In this document: piece by piece, positions 28,611 to 41,117 of the stretch
Layout of the letters: the number at the start of each line of letters is the position of its first letter
Position numbering within the stretch: the stretch's first letter is position 1
From: Laetmonice hystrix
Taxonomy: Eukaryota
Length of the DNA stretch: 64,000 bases
Direction: 5' to 3'
Assembly: GCA_965235115.1 (NCBI GenBank)
Contig: OZ249436.1
Location: 42,224,001 to 42,288,000, forward strand
Notes under the pieces: generated by a model
Seen by the model: the letters and a program-made list of their open reading frames with translations, nothing else
The model's database searches: none
What the model was told of the DNA's origin: nothing
Program-made: the position numbers and the translations under genes

Positions 28611-28611
28611 A

Positions 28612-28970
28612 TGAACTATCCTGCTATCTCGATTGGGAAGTATGACTCCAACTCCGTTGTTCCAGGGTAGTATATGTATTTTAATGGTCGAGATGCACAG
28701 GTATAGAACTAATACTGACTCTGATTTCTCAGGTAGAGAAATCTTTCTTATATACACGTAGTGGTTGCTCAGGGATCAGTGCTACGGCAACTGTCCATGG
28801 CTACATATACACAAACTTAAAACATTATACTGCTGGTAACCATTAAACCTTGGTTACCAATACATTCTTATAATTTATGGTTATATTACTTTACATAATC
28901 CGGATATTAACTGGCTTAGACATGTATGTATATAGTAAACTTGTCAGGGGAGGGAAACCTGGCCATGACA
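28612..28970 (-). repeat. 5' LTR with TATA/Inr/polyA signals
   Basis: Minus strand starts TGTCATGGCC and ends GATAGTTCA. It carries TATATAA (28748-54), an Inr-like TCAGT (28714-18) and ATTAAA (28680-85) in U3-R-U5 order. Confidence 0.92.
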
Positions 28971-29297
28971 ATAGTGACCTTTCTCACTAAAGACCACTAA
29001 AGACCATAAACACTGAAAATAATATAATTTTTGATATAGCTCATATGATAACCTGACAAGCTATCAAACCTATACATTGTATTTTGTCCCTTTCCTCTTT
29101 TTCCTCTTGTTCTGAAACGTTATAGTCCTATAGTATATAACCGTCTCTGTTTCACCTATATTTACTATTTCAATGATTCCCCTCAGTATACCTTATGTTT
29201 CAAGTATAACCGGAAGCACCCATTTATTCTTTTATCATTTCTAATGGTTCAACTACCACGAGGAAAAGCCAACAAGTTTGTTTCATATTGGTTGAAT

Positions 29298-30838
29298 TTC
29301 TCTATGATTCCGCTGATATTGGTTCTCTATGGATGATTCCGCTGATATTGGTTCTCTATAAATGATTCCGCTGATATTGGTTCTCTATGGATGAATCCGT
29401 TGATATTGGTTCTCTATAGATGATTCCGCTGATGTTGGTTCTCTATAGATGATTCCGCTGATGTTGGTTCTCTATGGATGAATCCGCTATTGGTTCTCTA
29501 TGGATGATTCCGCTGATATTGGTTCTCTATGGATGATTCCGTTAATATTGGTTCTCTATGGATGATTCCGTTGATATTGGTACTCTATGGATGATTCCGC
29601 TGATATTGGTTCTCTATGGATGATTCCGCTATTGTTTCTCTATGGATGATTCCGCTGATATTGGTTCTCTATAGATGAATCCGCTGATATTGGTTCTCTA
29701 TGGATGATTCCGCTGATATTGGTTCTCTATAGATGAATCCGCTGATATTGGTACTCTATGGATGATTCCGCTGATATTGGTACTCTATGGATGATTCCGC
29801 TATTGTTTCTCTATGGATGATTCTGCTGATATTGGTTCTCTATGGATGATTCCGTTGATATTGGTTCTCTATGGATGATTCCGCTGATATTGGTTCTCTA
29901 TGGATGATTCCGCTGATATTGGTACTCTATGGATGATTCCGCTGATATTGGTTCTCTATAGATGAATCCGCTGATATTGGTTCTCTATGGATGATTCCGC
30001 TGATATTGGTTCTCTATAGATGAATCCGCTGATATTGGTACTCTATGGATGATTCCGCTGATATTGGTACTCTATGGATGATTCCGCTATTGTTTCTCTA
30101 TGGATGATTCTGCTGATATTGGTTCTCTATGGATGATTCCGTTGATATTGGTTCTCTATGGATGATTCCGCTGATATTGGTACTCTATGGATGATTCCGC
30201 TGATATTGGTTCTCTATGGATAATTCCGCTGATATTGGTACTCTATGGATGATTCCGCTGATATTGGTTCTCTATGGATGATTCCGCTGATATTGGTTCT
30301 CTATGGATGATTCCGTTGATATTGGTTCTCTATGGATGATTCCGCTGATATTGGTTCTCTATGGATGATTCTGCTGATATTGGTTCTCTATGGATGATTC
30401 CGCTGATATTGGTTCTCTATGGATGATTCCGCTGATATTGGTTCTCTATGGATGATTCCGCTGATATTGGTTCTCTATGGATGATTCCGCTGATATTGGT
30501 TCTCTATGGATGATTCCGTTGATATTGGTTCTCTATGGATGATTCCGCTGATATTGGTTCTCTATAGATGATTCCGCTGATATTGGTTCTCTATGGATGA
30601 ATCCGCTATTGGTTCTCTATGGATGACTCCGCTGATGTTGGTTCTCTATAGATGATTCCGCTGATATTGGTTCTCTATAGATGAATCCGCTGATATTGGT
30701 TCTCTATGGATGATTCCGTTGATATTGGTTCTCTATGGATGATTCCGTTGATATTGGTTCTCTATGGATGAATCCGCTGATATTGGTTCTCTATGGATGA
30801 ATCCGCTATTGGTTCTCTATGGATGATTCCGCTGATAT
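29298..30838. repeat. 29-bp minisatellite, ~53 copies (GGATGATTCCGCTGATATTGGTTCTCTAT)
   Basis: Seen directly, with point variants and 3-bp-deleted (26-bp) variants. Confidence 0.98.
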
Positions 30839-31663
30839 GGCTACTATTATCATGCCACGCCTGGTTGATGTGCTGCAGAGTCAGGTAAAAGCCTCGCTAT
30901 GACATCTCCTTATTGATCGGAACTATGATATCTCAACAAGAGATACCACTTGGCTGACACAAACAACGCTTTTGGCTGCAGCCATGTACCTAGTATACAA
31001 AATGGGTGTCACACTATACCGCTATACTGTTTAAATTGTTCTCAATACCGAAATGTCATTGGTCGCTTCCAGGAAACATGAGGCAACCGTCCGGTTGGGC
31101 AGCGCCGGTAACGTCATTCAACAATGCGTGTCTATCATCTGTTTAATAATCTACATGCTTAGGACTGCCCCTCTTTCAATATCCAGTCAAAGCATATTCT
31201 GCTGTCCGTCACACTGAAATGGGAACTATGGGCATTGGTCAAACTCGGCCTTTTACTTATTTACGCTTCTCTGTCCGGACATTGTTGAGCCACGTCGGTG
31301 CCTTTCCCAAGTGATTGCATATTGCGGGTTAACACGTGAACACCAGGAAGTGGCATGTACTGGTATTATTGAGTCATCAATGGTGCGAGACTGTGCCCCT
31401 CTCAGACACCGCCACCGTATACGGTCCTCATGACCCGGAACAGAACACTGCACCATCGGGTCAGCAATAAATGCCGTCAGCCGAGAAGGAAGGTCTCTAC
31501 AACCGCCTTAACACAGCCTTTATGAGGGCCGATGATGTTAGTTACATGTTCGTGAGGCATACATTGGACCAGCCCCCCATGCACCCCCACCCCCTACCCA
31601 CCAAAAAAAGGCTGAATTCTGCTTTGATCAACGACGTCTCGAGGGAATGATGCCCACTATTTC

Positions 31664-31790
31664 CAGTGGCGGATCCAGGATTTCAGAAAAGGTGGGCACC
31701 GTTTGGTTGATAATCGGTGGCTGCCGAAGGCGGCCCATGTAGGGGGTTCTGGGGGGGGGGGCTCCCCCCGAATCTCCGAATCCGCCACTG
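31664..31790. mobile_element. Short CAGTGGCGGAT-type MITE
   Basis: TIRs CAGTGGCGGAT ... ATCCGCCACTG around a poly-G interior. No TSD visible. Confidence 0.55.
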
Positions 31791-32027
31791 TTACGAACTG
31801 TAAGTAGTATATGAAGTATAGACTGCTGACACGGACACCATCCAGGATGGAGAAATTTGGGAGTTTACAGAATCATGTGCGTGTTAGAGATGGATTTAAA
31901 TCCTTCCAGAACCATTTCTGTCACTCCCCACTGCTCCGCCACTTGGTCATCAAAGGTAGTATCCAGCCGTGGCTGTGCGACTATAAGCATTACATGTATA
32001 ATAGAAACCCTTGCCATTGCCAAAGAG

Positions 32028-32090
32028 GAGAAGGCCCTCATCAGGCTATGCGCTTGCCCGAGTCGGCTGCTGTGACAGCCACTGCCTACA
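32028..32090 (-). repeat. 63-bp dispersed module, copy B
   Basis: Reverse complement of 24104-24166. Contains CTGATGAG on the minus strand. Confidence 0.9.
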
Positions 32091-35000
32091 CTGCCACAAC
32101 ACTCAGTCCCATGACCCATGAATGAACGGAGTTGACGGTTTTCTTCTGGTCCTGCAGGGCTAAAATACTGCCGGCTGGGATGGCTTGTATACCCCAATTC
32201 ACTCAGTCCCTCAGCAGCCGGTCTCTTACATGCAGGCAGCTCACTAATCATGGCGGAAGACAACCATATGGTATGGGTTGGGTCGAGATCAGATCGGCTC
32301 AAGTCGATGGGAACTGCCGTGACGTCACGGGTAAGAATATAGTATCCTCCGTTTACTACGTTTAAATGATGACTTTAAGGTAATGACTTAATAACAACAA
32401 ATTAACCGACACAGAAATACCGTATGAGGATGAATAGTGTGCGCGACCAGCCCCAAACTGCCACAAGTCCATCGAGGCATCAAAGCCCCTGATTAAATGT
32501 GAACGACAATGATTAATCTGCAAGCGGTCGATGCGACCGTACCTGTGAGAGAGCAAGGGGGTGGATAGGTACACTACGGTCATGGACCCTATACGGCCAA
32601 CATGCCACCCGCGATCATTGCTTTGTCTGCACTGATACCTCTTCCATTACCGCCGTATTCTCAGTGCTACGCTATAGAAGGGATTCCCTCCCACGCAAAC
32701 GATTCCCTTGTGTGTATTGCTGTAAAAAAAGACCGACCTGCAGAATCTGTACAGTAAAAAAACATCACCGTGCAAGGTGATACATAATTACGAACCTTAT
32801 ATATAGATTTACCACAACCGTAAGACCATTGAGAATGGATCATTTTCCAATTACGAGTCGGCCAAAATAACTGGCGTTGCACGACAACTGAATGCTTTTG
32901 TTGGCATTCATTAAAGCATGAGTTACTATCAAACCATTATCCCTGTTCACATGGAGCATTTTCATATGATGGATTATAGGATTACAATCCTGTGTTAAAA
33001 TGAAACGTATACTGAAAAGTTCGGTATAAGCATAAACCGTCCTTTTATACCAGCTGTGCTTTTCCCGCGACAATTCCTTAGTAGTTCTAGCTCTTCTGAT
33101 GCAAATTAGAATATATATAGAGTAGCAGCGGGAAAAATCGGTCATGATATTTTATTCATCATCTAGGTGTTCATTAGTGTGCTTATCGATCTGTTTTGCA
33201 ACACCTTGCAACCCCCACTTAAGTAGAGACCTATGTTCGGTGTTGCTTCCTGCCCCCGCCGCCTGGGGGCACAATGACGAACTTCATCCAGCCGAGCGGA
33301 TTGTACTAGAAACTGCATTATGTCATGTTGGGGGGAGCTGTAACAGGCAGACGCTTCCACAGACAGTCACATGACTGTGTTCCTGCGGTTTCTGTCCCCG
33401 CAGCTGCAAGAATGGCAAAAAGGAGACTGATGGAAATCACGAATCGTGATTCAGATATCAATGTCCGTTCTACAAGTATCGATCACCTATTAATATTGCG
33501 ACCTTTTGGTATTAATGAGGCCTAATGATCTGTGTTGTGCAGTTGATGATGCACTGTAACTCCAAACCAAATTCAATACGAAAAGTAGCCCCCAACCCCC
33601 ATTCCTGCCACCATTGAGTCCGCGTTTACTATTTTAGTTCGACCCTGGATGTCACCTCGCTGAGTGAAATGCATCTCTGAGTCTCGACCACGCTGCAATA
33701 ACGTTTTCTGTTCCTGTAGAATTATGGTGGAGGGAGGGGGGTGGGTCCCCCTCTTCCTGGAGTACACCCTAGTTGCCATGTGGCAGTGCAGGTTTTAAAT
33801 GGTATAAACTAGGACTCCCGTCTTAGAGGACAGGTTTACATGCTGGCCATAATTTTCATCACATAAGATTGAAAAGCATACGTTTGGGACGGTATAAAAC
33901 TACACTTACCGTAGTGCACTGCTCAAACAGTTGCTTTAGTTTATTCGACGTGCCCACCGACCCACCCTCAAGTTTGTATTCCTGGTAGACGTATAGTGAC
34001 TGCTCATGGCATCAACCACTTCTTCCGTTTTTCCCCCGGGTTTCCTTTCAGGCAATTCCAACGTTCAAGTGCCCGCCCAACGGTAGCTATTAGAATGGAA
34101 GAGTATGGAATGCTTTGGTATGCAATTTGTGGCCTTGCTCCGAATTGTGAGCTTTGAGAGTAGACCGGTTCACTCGCCTAGGGTCACTCAAGTACAGACA
34201 GATCATTGGTCAGTGAACCCGGAAGCTGGCCCAGGCCGATCGGTGACAACACTCAGGCCCCTGGATGCGCACAGCACGCCACTTTGATCATTCCCCTGAA
34301 CGCAGACTTGAGGAGGAACGACCTTGGCCTTTCCTTCTTCCACTCTATCATGTCGTCCAGACTGCAAGAGGGAGTGAAGGCCCGTAATCGATTCCCCTAC
34401 CATACCATGCCACACCCGGATTCATTAAGTTCCACACTTTGCGACAAAGCTTTACTTTAATTTCAGCCACTTTGTATCAAAAATTCAGAATGCAGCAATA
34501 TCCATGGGCTTATTGGTGACATGTCGGTGTTAATTAAATTAAATGGAAAATGACTTCCTGTTGCATCACCATTAGTACCATTATTGCTTCATGGAGCAAT
34601 CCATTGCATGTCGTCCCTCCACGCCACCAGACGCCCTGACACTCACTGATAGCGACAAGCCTGATCAGGAACTCCACACTTGCACTCAGAAAGGTTCAAA
34701 TAGAAGAAACTTTGCAACAATAATACCTTCCTCTAATACCTAAGGGACTAATAATTCACACTTGTTAGTTAGATCTTTTCTATAAAAAACACAACTTCTG
34801 CACTATCTTTAAAAACACACAACTTCTGCACTTTCTTTAACCTAGGTCCAACAACGACCTATTTCACACCACATTCAAACAAGACGCTAAAAACATAGAC
34901 TGCATAATTCTTTGCTCTTTCTTTAAAATGCCGAAGATTATGCGCCTTTGAAAAATCAGAAACATCACTTCCATAGATACTCTATAATGAAGCACACAAA

Positions 35001-35644
35001 AGACAATAAAGACGTCAAATCTGCCGTGACTTTACTCACAGAATGTCCCTCTAAAATGTTCTCATAATTCTCGATGCGGAAATTTGCCAAGTGCAATATT
35101 ATGCGCATGGTAGCCAAAAGATACATGCGGCGGTTGTCACCCCCCCCCCCCCCCAACCTATACCGCCTGCAGACACTGCAATCACTCTGACCGTGATCCC
35201 TCTATTCTAACCACACAACAGTTTCATCCAAAGGATTGTTCCGCGTGCCATGGACTCTTTAACCACATACCACATTATGGTTCTTCATGTTCGCGCGGTG
35301 TCGCACCTCATTTACCTGAAACGGCGGCTTTATCACTTCTTTTATGACTGCCTTAGTAGTGCCATTCTTTATAATGTGCCGCGTGCATGGGTCTGGAGGC
35401 GAAAATACTCAAGGTATGTCGTCTGAAGAGAAGAAGATATTTTTTATCTTTTTTTTCTTTTTCCGTAAGACGCGGGGAACAACGGATCCCGTTTCCACGA
35501 GTGGGTGCGGTGTTGCATCCTTTCGTCCGTGGGGAGATCCTCTATAGCCTTGTTTCTGTTTTATTTTGCCCCCCCCCCCTCCTCCTCAAGATTCTTCGTC
35601 AACAGCATGGACGAATCCAGGGAAGGGAGGGGGGCACTACGATC

Positions 35645-35941
35645 CCACTCCCCCCTCACTATATCCTCCACTCCCCCTCACTATATCCTCCACTCCCCCT
35701 CACTATATCCGCCACTCCCCCCTCACTATATCCTCCACTCCCCCCTCACTATATCCTCCACTCCCCCCTCACTATATCCTCCACTCCCCCTCACTATATC
35801 CTCCACTCCCCCTCACTATAACCTCCACTCCCCCTCACTATATCCTCCACTCCCCCTCACTATAACCTCCACTCCCCCTCACTATATCCTCCACTCCCCC
35901 CTCACTATATCCTCCACTCCCCCCTCACTATATCCTCCACT
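35645..35941. repeat. 22-23-bp minisatellite, ~13 copies (CACTCCCCC(C)TCACTATATCCTC)
   Basis: Seen directly. It explains three overlapping Pro/Ser-rich ORFs. Confidence 0.95.
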
Positions 35942-37120
35942 GACCAGTAGGCTGGGATCAATATGAACATCTCTCCATCTGAATCATCATATTGCCAGAA
36001 GAAAGAGAACTGTACGAACAAATCAAGCCAATATTGCCCCACTAGCCCAGGTGATCTATGGCATTCATTGAGGAGAAATGTTAGCAACACGCCTGGTTAG
36101 AAGCACAAGTCTACGGAAATAGAATCATGGAGTGAATGGGAAGCCATAATCGAAGGTGAGCACCGCAGCTTGACTGGAGTCGGTCAGCGAGTGGCGGGCC
36201 ATCCTCAGCCGAGATAACGCCGAGTGCCTCTAATGTGCAACCACTGACTGAAAGCTTACGTCTGGTTTTACCCACAGCTTCCCTCTGTACACGGCCAACA
36301 TTGAATCAGGCTTGCAATTGTAATTGGGTACAGTAGGTCCTTCAACTACACATAGTGATTCTCTAATTAGAAAAAGTACAATTGCCTGTTTATTGCCAGT
36401 AAGGATAGTGGCGTGTCCAGAATTTTGAAGGGGTGGGGCGCCAAAATCTATTACGAAGCTGTGGCTGAAAACCATATATTCTATCTATTATGAGCAACAC
36501 AGGGGGGGGGCATGGATCCAATATGCCTAGACATTCAAAATATCGTGAAAGAAACTATTGCAGATACGTTACCTATAGTTTAAGAAAATATCCTTCTGCA
36601 ATAAATATGTAAAGCCCAAACCGACAGGAAAATCTCTGAGATGAATTATTTGCCATTGCTGCCATTCCTGTATGCCGTTCGGATCTCACCGAGGGCATCC
36701 TGCAAGACCAGAATCACACTGTCCCGATTCTTTGGCCTACATCGATAGCCAAAGGGAATATTGGATTTCACTCACACCTCACATAATAACCAACCATCCA
36801 TAAAAAAGGAAAAGGAAAAGTGATTGTGGAAATCCTTGCGTCGGCGTCGACCACATGCACTTAAGTGTCAGGCCCTCTTGGCTACTGGCTTTATTGGCGG
36901 ATTACGAAAGTGATTTATGACGGTAAATCCCACTGTAAAGAATAACTGACACTTGAATCTACTTGCTTGGTGTAGAACTAGATGTCCAGGACTAACGGTC
37001 TCTACCAACATTAACCAGAATTGCTAGTGTTCTCTAAGGTATTTTTACCCATTCCCAAGGCGAAATCCGGAGTTCTTTGCAAACACTCACTGACTACTTC
37101 TAATAAAAGGCGCTCACAAT

Positions 37121-37443
37121 GGGCTCATCGCACAAGATTGGCGACGGCCGTCGCCGCTCTACGGCGAGGCCATCGCCGTGTGTAGATTTTTATGATGGCG
37201 ATATCGCGCCACGGCGCCACTCATCGCCACATGGCGACACCCATCGCCATTCATGGCGACACATTTCTCGATTTGGCGACAGGTGTCGCAAAGGCGAGAC
37301 AGTCGCGAGAACTTGATGACATTTTGCATTCAGTTGGTAGGCCTACTGGTGCACGTTATCGCGGCCCATCTCGCCGTTCCGCGACTGCCGCGGAACGGCG
37401 ATTTTAGCCGCGACAGCCGTCGCCAATCTTGTGCAAAGGGCCC
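37121..37443. mobile_element. PIF/Harbinger-like MITE (323 bp)
   Basis: ~34-bp imperfect TIRs GGGCTCATCGCACAAGATTGGCGACGGC / GCCGTCGCCAATCTTGTGCAAAGGGCCC, a 3-bp TSD AAT on both sides, and internal TGGCGA/TCGCCA repeats. Confidence 0.8.
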
Positions 37444-39218
37444 AATATCTCGACTCTACTATTGCAAATGACGTTCAGCAAAGCAGCGCGGCATCATTCT
37501 TTAGGTCTTGCTGACCACGGCACGCTAAGCATGCATGCGAATCTTCTGCCAGGCAAAATACATCCCTTTTTGGTAGCGCTATGCACTGAGTGAGCAGAAA
37601 CGGTTGAACATACTGCATATGTATACATATATACATGCACATGATATGAAGGAACACAACATAACGGAAGTTAAAGTCGCATTTTACGTCTCTCAGTCAC
37701 TTTTAAACCAATTACATGCAACAGTTAATAATACAACGGTAGCTGTCAGTTATAACGGAACACAGAACCGACCAGGAAGCTTACGACCACTTGTTTCTGC
37801 CCTGACTAAGTGGGGTTGGAAAGTTCTGACCACGTGAACCAGGATGTTCATCAATCTTGGCTCCCTACTAATGGCGGTCACAAACCCCTGGCATCCCCCA
37901 TCCTCCCTCCCTATAGTCGAGTCCCAGGTAATGATGGCACATGCTCAATAGTATAGGCCTAGTATATAGGCAAGTTGGTATAGGCCTGCCACCATGCGCA
38001 GGCGCGAGGGGGGGGGGGGGGTCGGGTCCCCCACCCTACTTGAGCTCGAGTACCGCTCCTGGCTGGTTCCCTGCCTCATTGGAAATGGAGGCAGGTACAG
38101 GTACACACCAAGCAAACCGGGCAGATTTCTGTCCGATTGCGGTTTATATGGGGGAAGGGCGTCTTGCCCCAGGGGGTGTCTTGGCCCACCTACACTCCCA
38201 TGATTTGAATAGTGCCCAGAGTCCCGCTCTTGTAACCCCCCTCCCGTGACCCAGGCTGGTTACGCCCCTCATGCATCACCTTTATATGTCTTGCACTGGA
38301 AGATTCAATGCCTAATCCTCATACAAAAATGTTACTCAGTGCACTCTGACATCTCCGCTTAAACCAGGTACACTTGGTGCCTCTTGCCTATTGACCCGCC
38401 CATCCCATCATATGGCAGCTGTATGGCGCCAACAAAACGCGTGTGTGTTTACATGAAAATGTACGTACATTACAAGGACTGGCAATAAGTAAAGTGCCCC
38501 AGTCGCTCCGTCACTGATACATACAGGAACTCCTCTGGCGATATTAGTAATAATGTGTGTTGCTTGATTAATGACCTTTCAAGGTGTGGGACTGCCGTTC
38601 GTTCAGACAGACCATCATTTCCGGGCAAACCCACACAGATGTGGAGAGCCCACAGATGCAGTTTCTGCTATTTCTGAGTGACCAGCACCTCTGCATACCC
38701 GACCATGTATACGCCACCATGATGCAAAGCTTTGAAACACCTGTGGTTTAATGGTCGTCAACAGGACAACTAAGTTCAACTACATTAGGGGCAACTCCGC
38801 ATTTTATTTTACGCCTTCCTTTCCAATAACATCAATAATGACTCCTAAATGTGGCGGGAGTGGGGGGGGGGGCAAAATATATATGATAGGCAGTTCGTCA
38901 AAAAACCCTACTTCTGCTCTCTTTTTTTATAATAACGGTCGTTATTCATATTACCCCATTTCTCCTATGTCAATTTTTAGTTCCTTTATTAACTAGTAAG
39001 AATTATATGGAACTGCCAAATTACCAATCACGGCATCCCTTATAGGCAAGCCTCGTCAGGTTGTTATAGAATAGCCAGCCTCATTACATGGAAGGACCCG
39101 AGAACCCCAGGGCTCGTCAGATGTGGGACTAACCATGTTCATCGTCTCCATCAGGGAGATCTCACTCTGATTACAACGAGACGCTGGAGAAAATAAATGA
39201 ATCATCTACCGGCTTTAA

Positions 39219-39558
39219 AGGTGCTATTCGTGAACAAAAATTCAATTTTTTTATTTTTAATTTTGTTGACGTTTATGTGATCCCACCTATCATGGAAATA
39301 GATTCACAACAAAGGAAATCAAAATTTTTTATGGATAACGGCACAAATGGGGCTCTCTCAGAAGGCCTGTGGAGACCCTGACACGCCCCACCATAGGAAA
39401 TGGCTCTATCTCGGTTAGCACCGAGATAGGTTTCAAATGCTGCACAAAAACTAATAGAAGGTTTATCAGGCCAATGGTATCGGTAGGAATTTTTTCTAGT
39501 ACTATGTGCACAATGTATGATGGGAGAAATGCCATTCTGTGCGAGACGAATAGCACCT
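39219..39558. mobile_element. Kolobok-like non-autonomous element (340 bp)
   Basis: TIRs AGGTGCTATTCGT / ACGAATAGCACCT flanked by TTAA on both sides. RR termini with a TTAA TSD are the Kolobok hallmark. Confidence 0.8.
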
Positions 39559-39570
39559 TTAATACGTACT

Positions 39571-40325
39571 TCCAGGACATTCTGACGGCCCGTGACGTCA
39601 TTCCTGAGTGGCAATCGTCACGAGTTACTGCGGTCTCTACACGTCATATGGTAGATCACCTCCAGGACGTTCTGACAGCCCGTGACGTCACACGGGAGAT
39701 CACCTCCAGGACGTTCTGACAGCCCGTGACGTCACACGGGAGATCACCTCCAGGACGTTCTGACAGCCCGTGACGTCACACGAGAGATCACCTCCAGGAC
39801 GTTCTGACAGCCCGTGACGTCACACGGTAGATCACCTCCAGGACGTTCTGACAGCCCGTGACGTCACACGGCAGATCACCTCCAGGACGTTCTGACAGCC
39901 CTTGACGTCACACGGTTGATCACCTCCAGGACGTTCTGACAGCCCGTGACGTCATATGGTAGATCACCTCCAGGACGTTCTGACAGCCCGTGACGTCACA
40001 CGGTAGATCACCCCCAGGACGTTCTGACAGCCCGTGACGTCATACGGCAGATCACCTCCAGAACGTTCAGACGGCCGGTGACGTCATACGGTAGATCACC
40101 TCCAGGACGTTCTGAAAGCCCGTGACGTCACACGGTGGATCACCTCCAGGACGTTCTGACAGCCCGTGACGTCAATCGGCAGATCACCTCCAGGACGTTC
40201 TGACAGCCAGTGACGTCATACGGTAGATCACCTCCAGGACGTTCTGACAGCCCGTGACGTCATACGGTAGATCACCTCCAGGACGTTCAGACGGCCAGTG
40301 ACGTCACACGGTAGATGACCCAGGA
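39571..40325. repeat. 44-bp minisatellite, 15 contiguous copies plus one detached, each with TGACGTCA
   Basis: Unit TCCAGGACGTTCTGACAGCCCGTGACGTCACACGGTAGATCACC starts at 39661 and repeats every 44 bp to 40320. An extra partial copy lies at 39571. Confidence 0.97.
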
Positions 40326-40954
40326 CTCCTATCCCCACACGCAATCCTAACTCCTGTCCCCAAACGTAATCCTAACTATACTGTCAGTGATCTAGTAGGC
40401 CAAATTGGCGCCAAAACCCAACTACATGGAAATGAAATGAAACCCGGCATCCATATCGCCAAACTCTCTGTCGATACGGATGGACAAACTGAAGGCGGGT
40501 ACCTATAGAGGCCAGAATATCCGTTAATTACTTTAATTAAAAGCAGGATATTCGCACCGCCAGGATGATTCAGCTAGAGATCAGCTGATTGAAGGCGATC
40601 ACGAGGTTTCCTCTTTACACAATGCCTTCGGCCTGACGTGCCGACAATCGGGGTTAATACTTCACCCATCCCCATACGCCATAGTACCTGCTCTATCAAC
40701 CGACAACAGTCTGCCTACAGGTCTCCCATCGACAAACATCCAACATCGAGCCTGATTCATGTAACCTTCTGCTTCCATAGCATGTTTTTAACGGACTTCT
40801 TTTTGGTCACGACTTAGTTGTAGCGCGTGAACTTACATCTGAATCGAATCTAGAAAACTAAACTTATATTTTAGTGTTCCAAGCTTGACTCTTCAAGAGA
40901 CCTGATTGCAACGTAAACATGTTATTTATCATGAGCCACCTAATAGATCATTAA

Positions 40955-41117
40955 AGCCAGGAATCCATGTGTACGTATTGCGTAGTGCGTAATCAAAACA
41001 ATGAAAACACGCATTACGCAAACATGGAATCACTCCAGCTTGTTTTCATTGATTTTGATGAATACGCATTACGCATAACGCATCACGCCCACACTACGTA
41101 CACATGGAATCCTGGCT
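40955..41117. mobile_element. PIF/Harbinger (Tourist-like) MITE (163 bp)
   Basis: TIRs AGCCAGGA(A/T)TCCATGTGTACGTA with TSD TAA on both sides. Confidence 0.85.

Larger units (their letters stand above)
26321..28970 (-). mobile_element. Complete non-autonomous LTR retroelement (Ty3/Gypsy-related), 2650 bp
   Basis: Two 359-bp direct repeats (26321-26679 and 28612-28970) with TG..CA ends, and a 4-bp TSD ATAG (26317-20 and 28971-74). On the minus strand, PBS TGGTGGAGAACCCGGGTA lies just inside the 5' LTR and purine tract GGGAGGGGATGA just before the 3' LTR. One ORF with Gag-type zinc knuckles; no RT or integrase. Confidence 0.95.

Noticed and set aside
29298..30838. CRISPR-like regular repeats (also the 44-bp array at 39661)
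   Set aside because: Units are head-to-tail with no unique spacers, no cas genes, and a eukaryotic context.
35387..35966. Extensin-like Pro/Ser/His ORFs
   Set aside because: They come from the 22-23-bp minisatellite, whose units shift frame.
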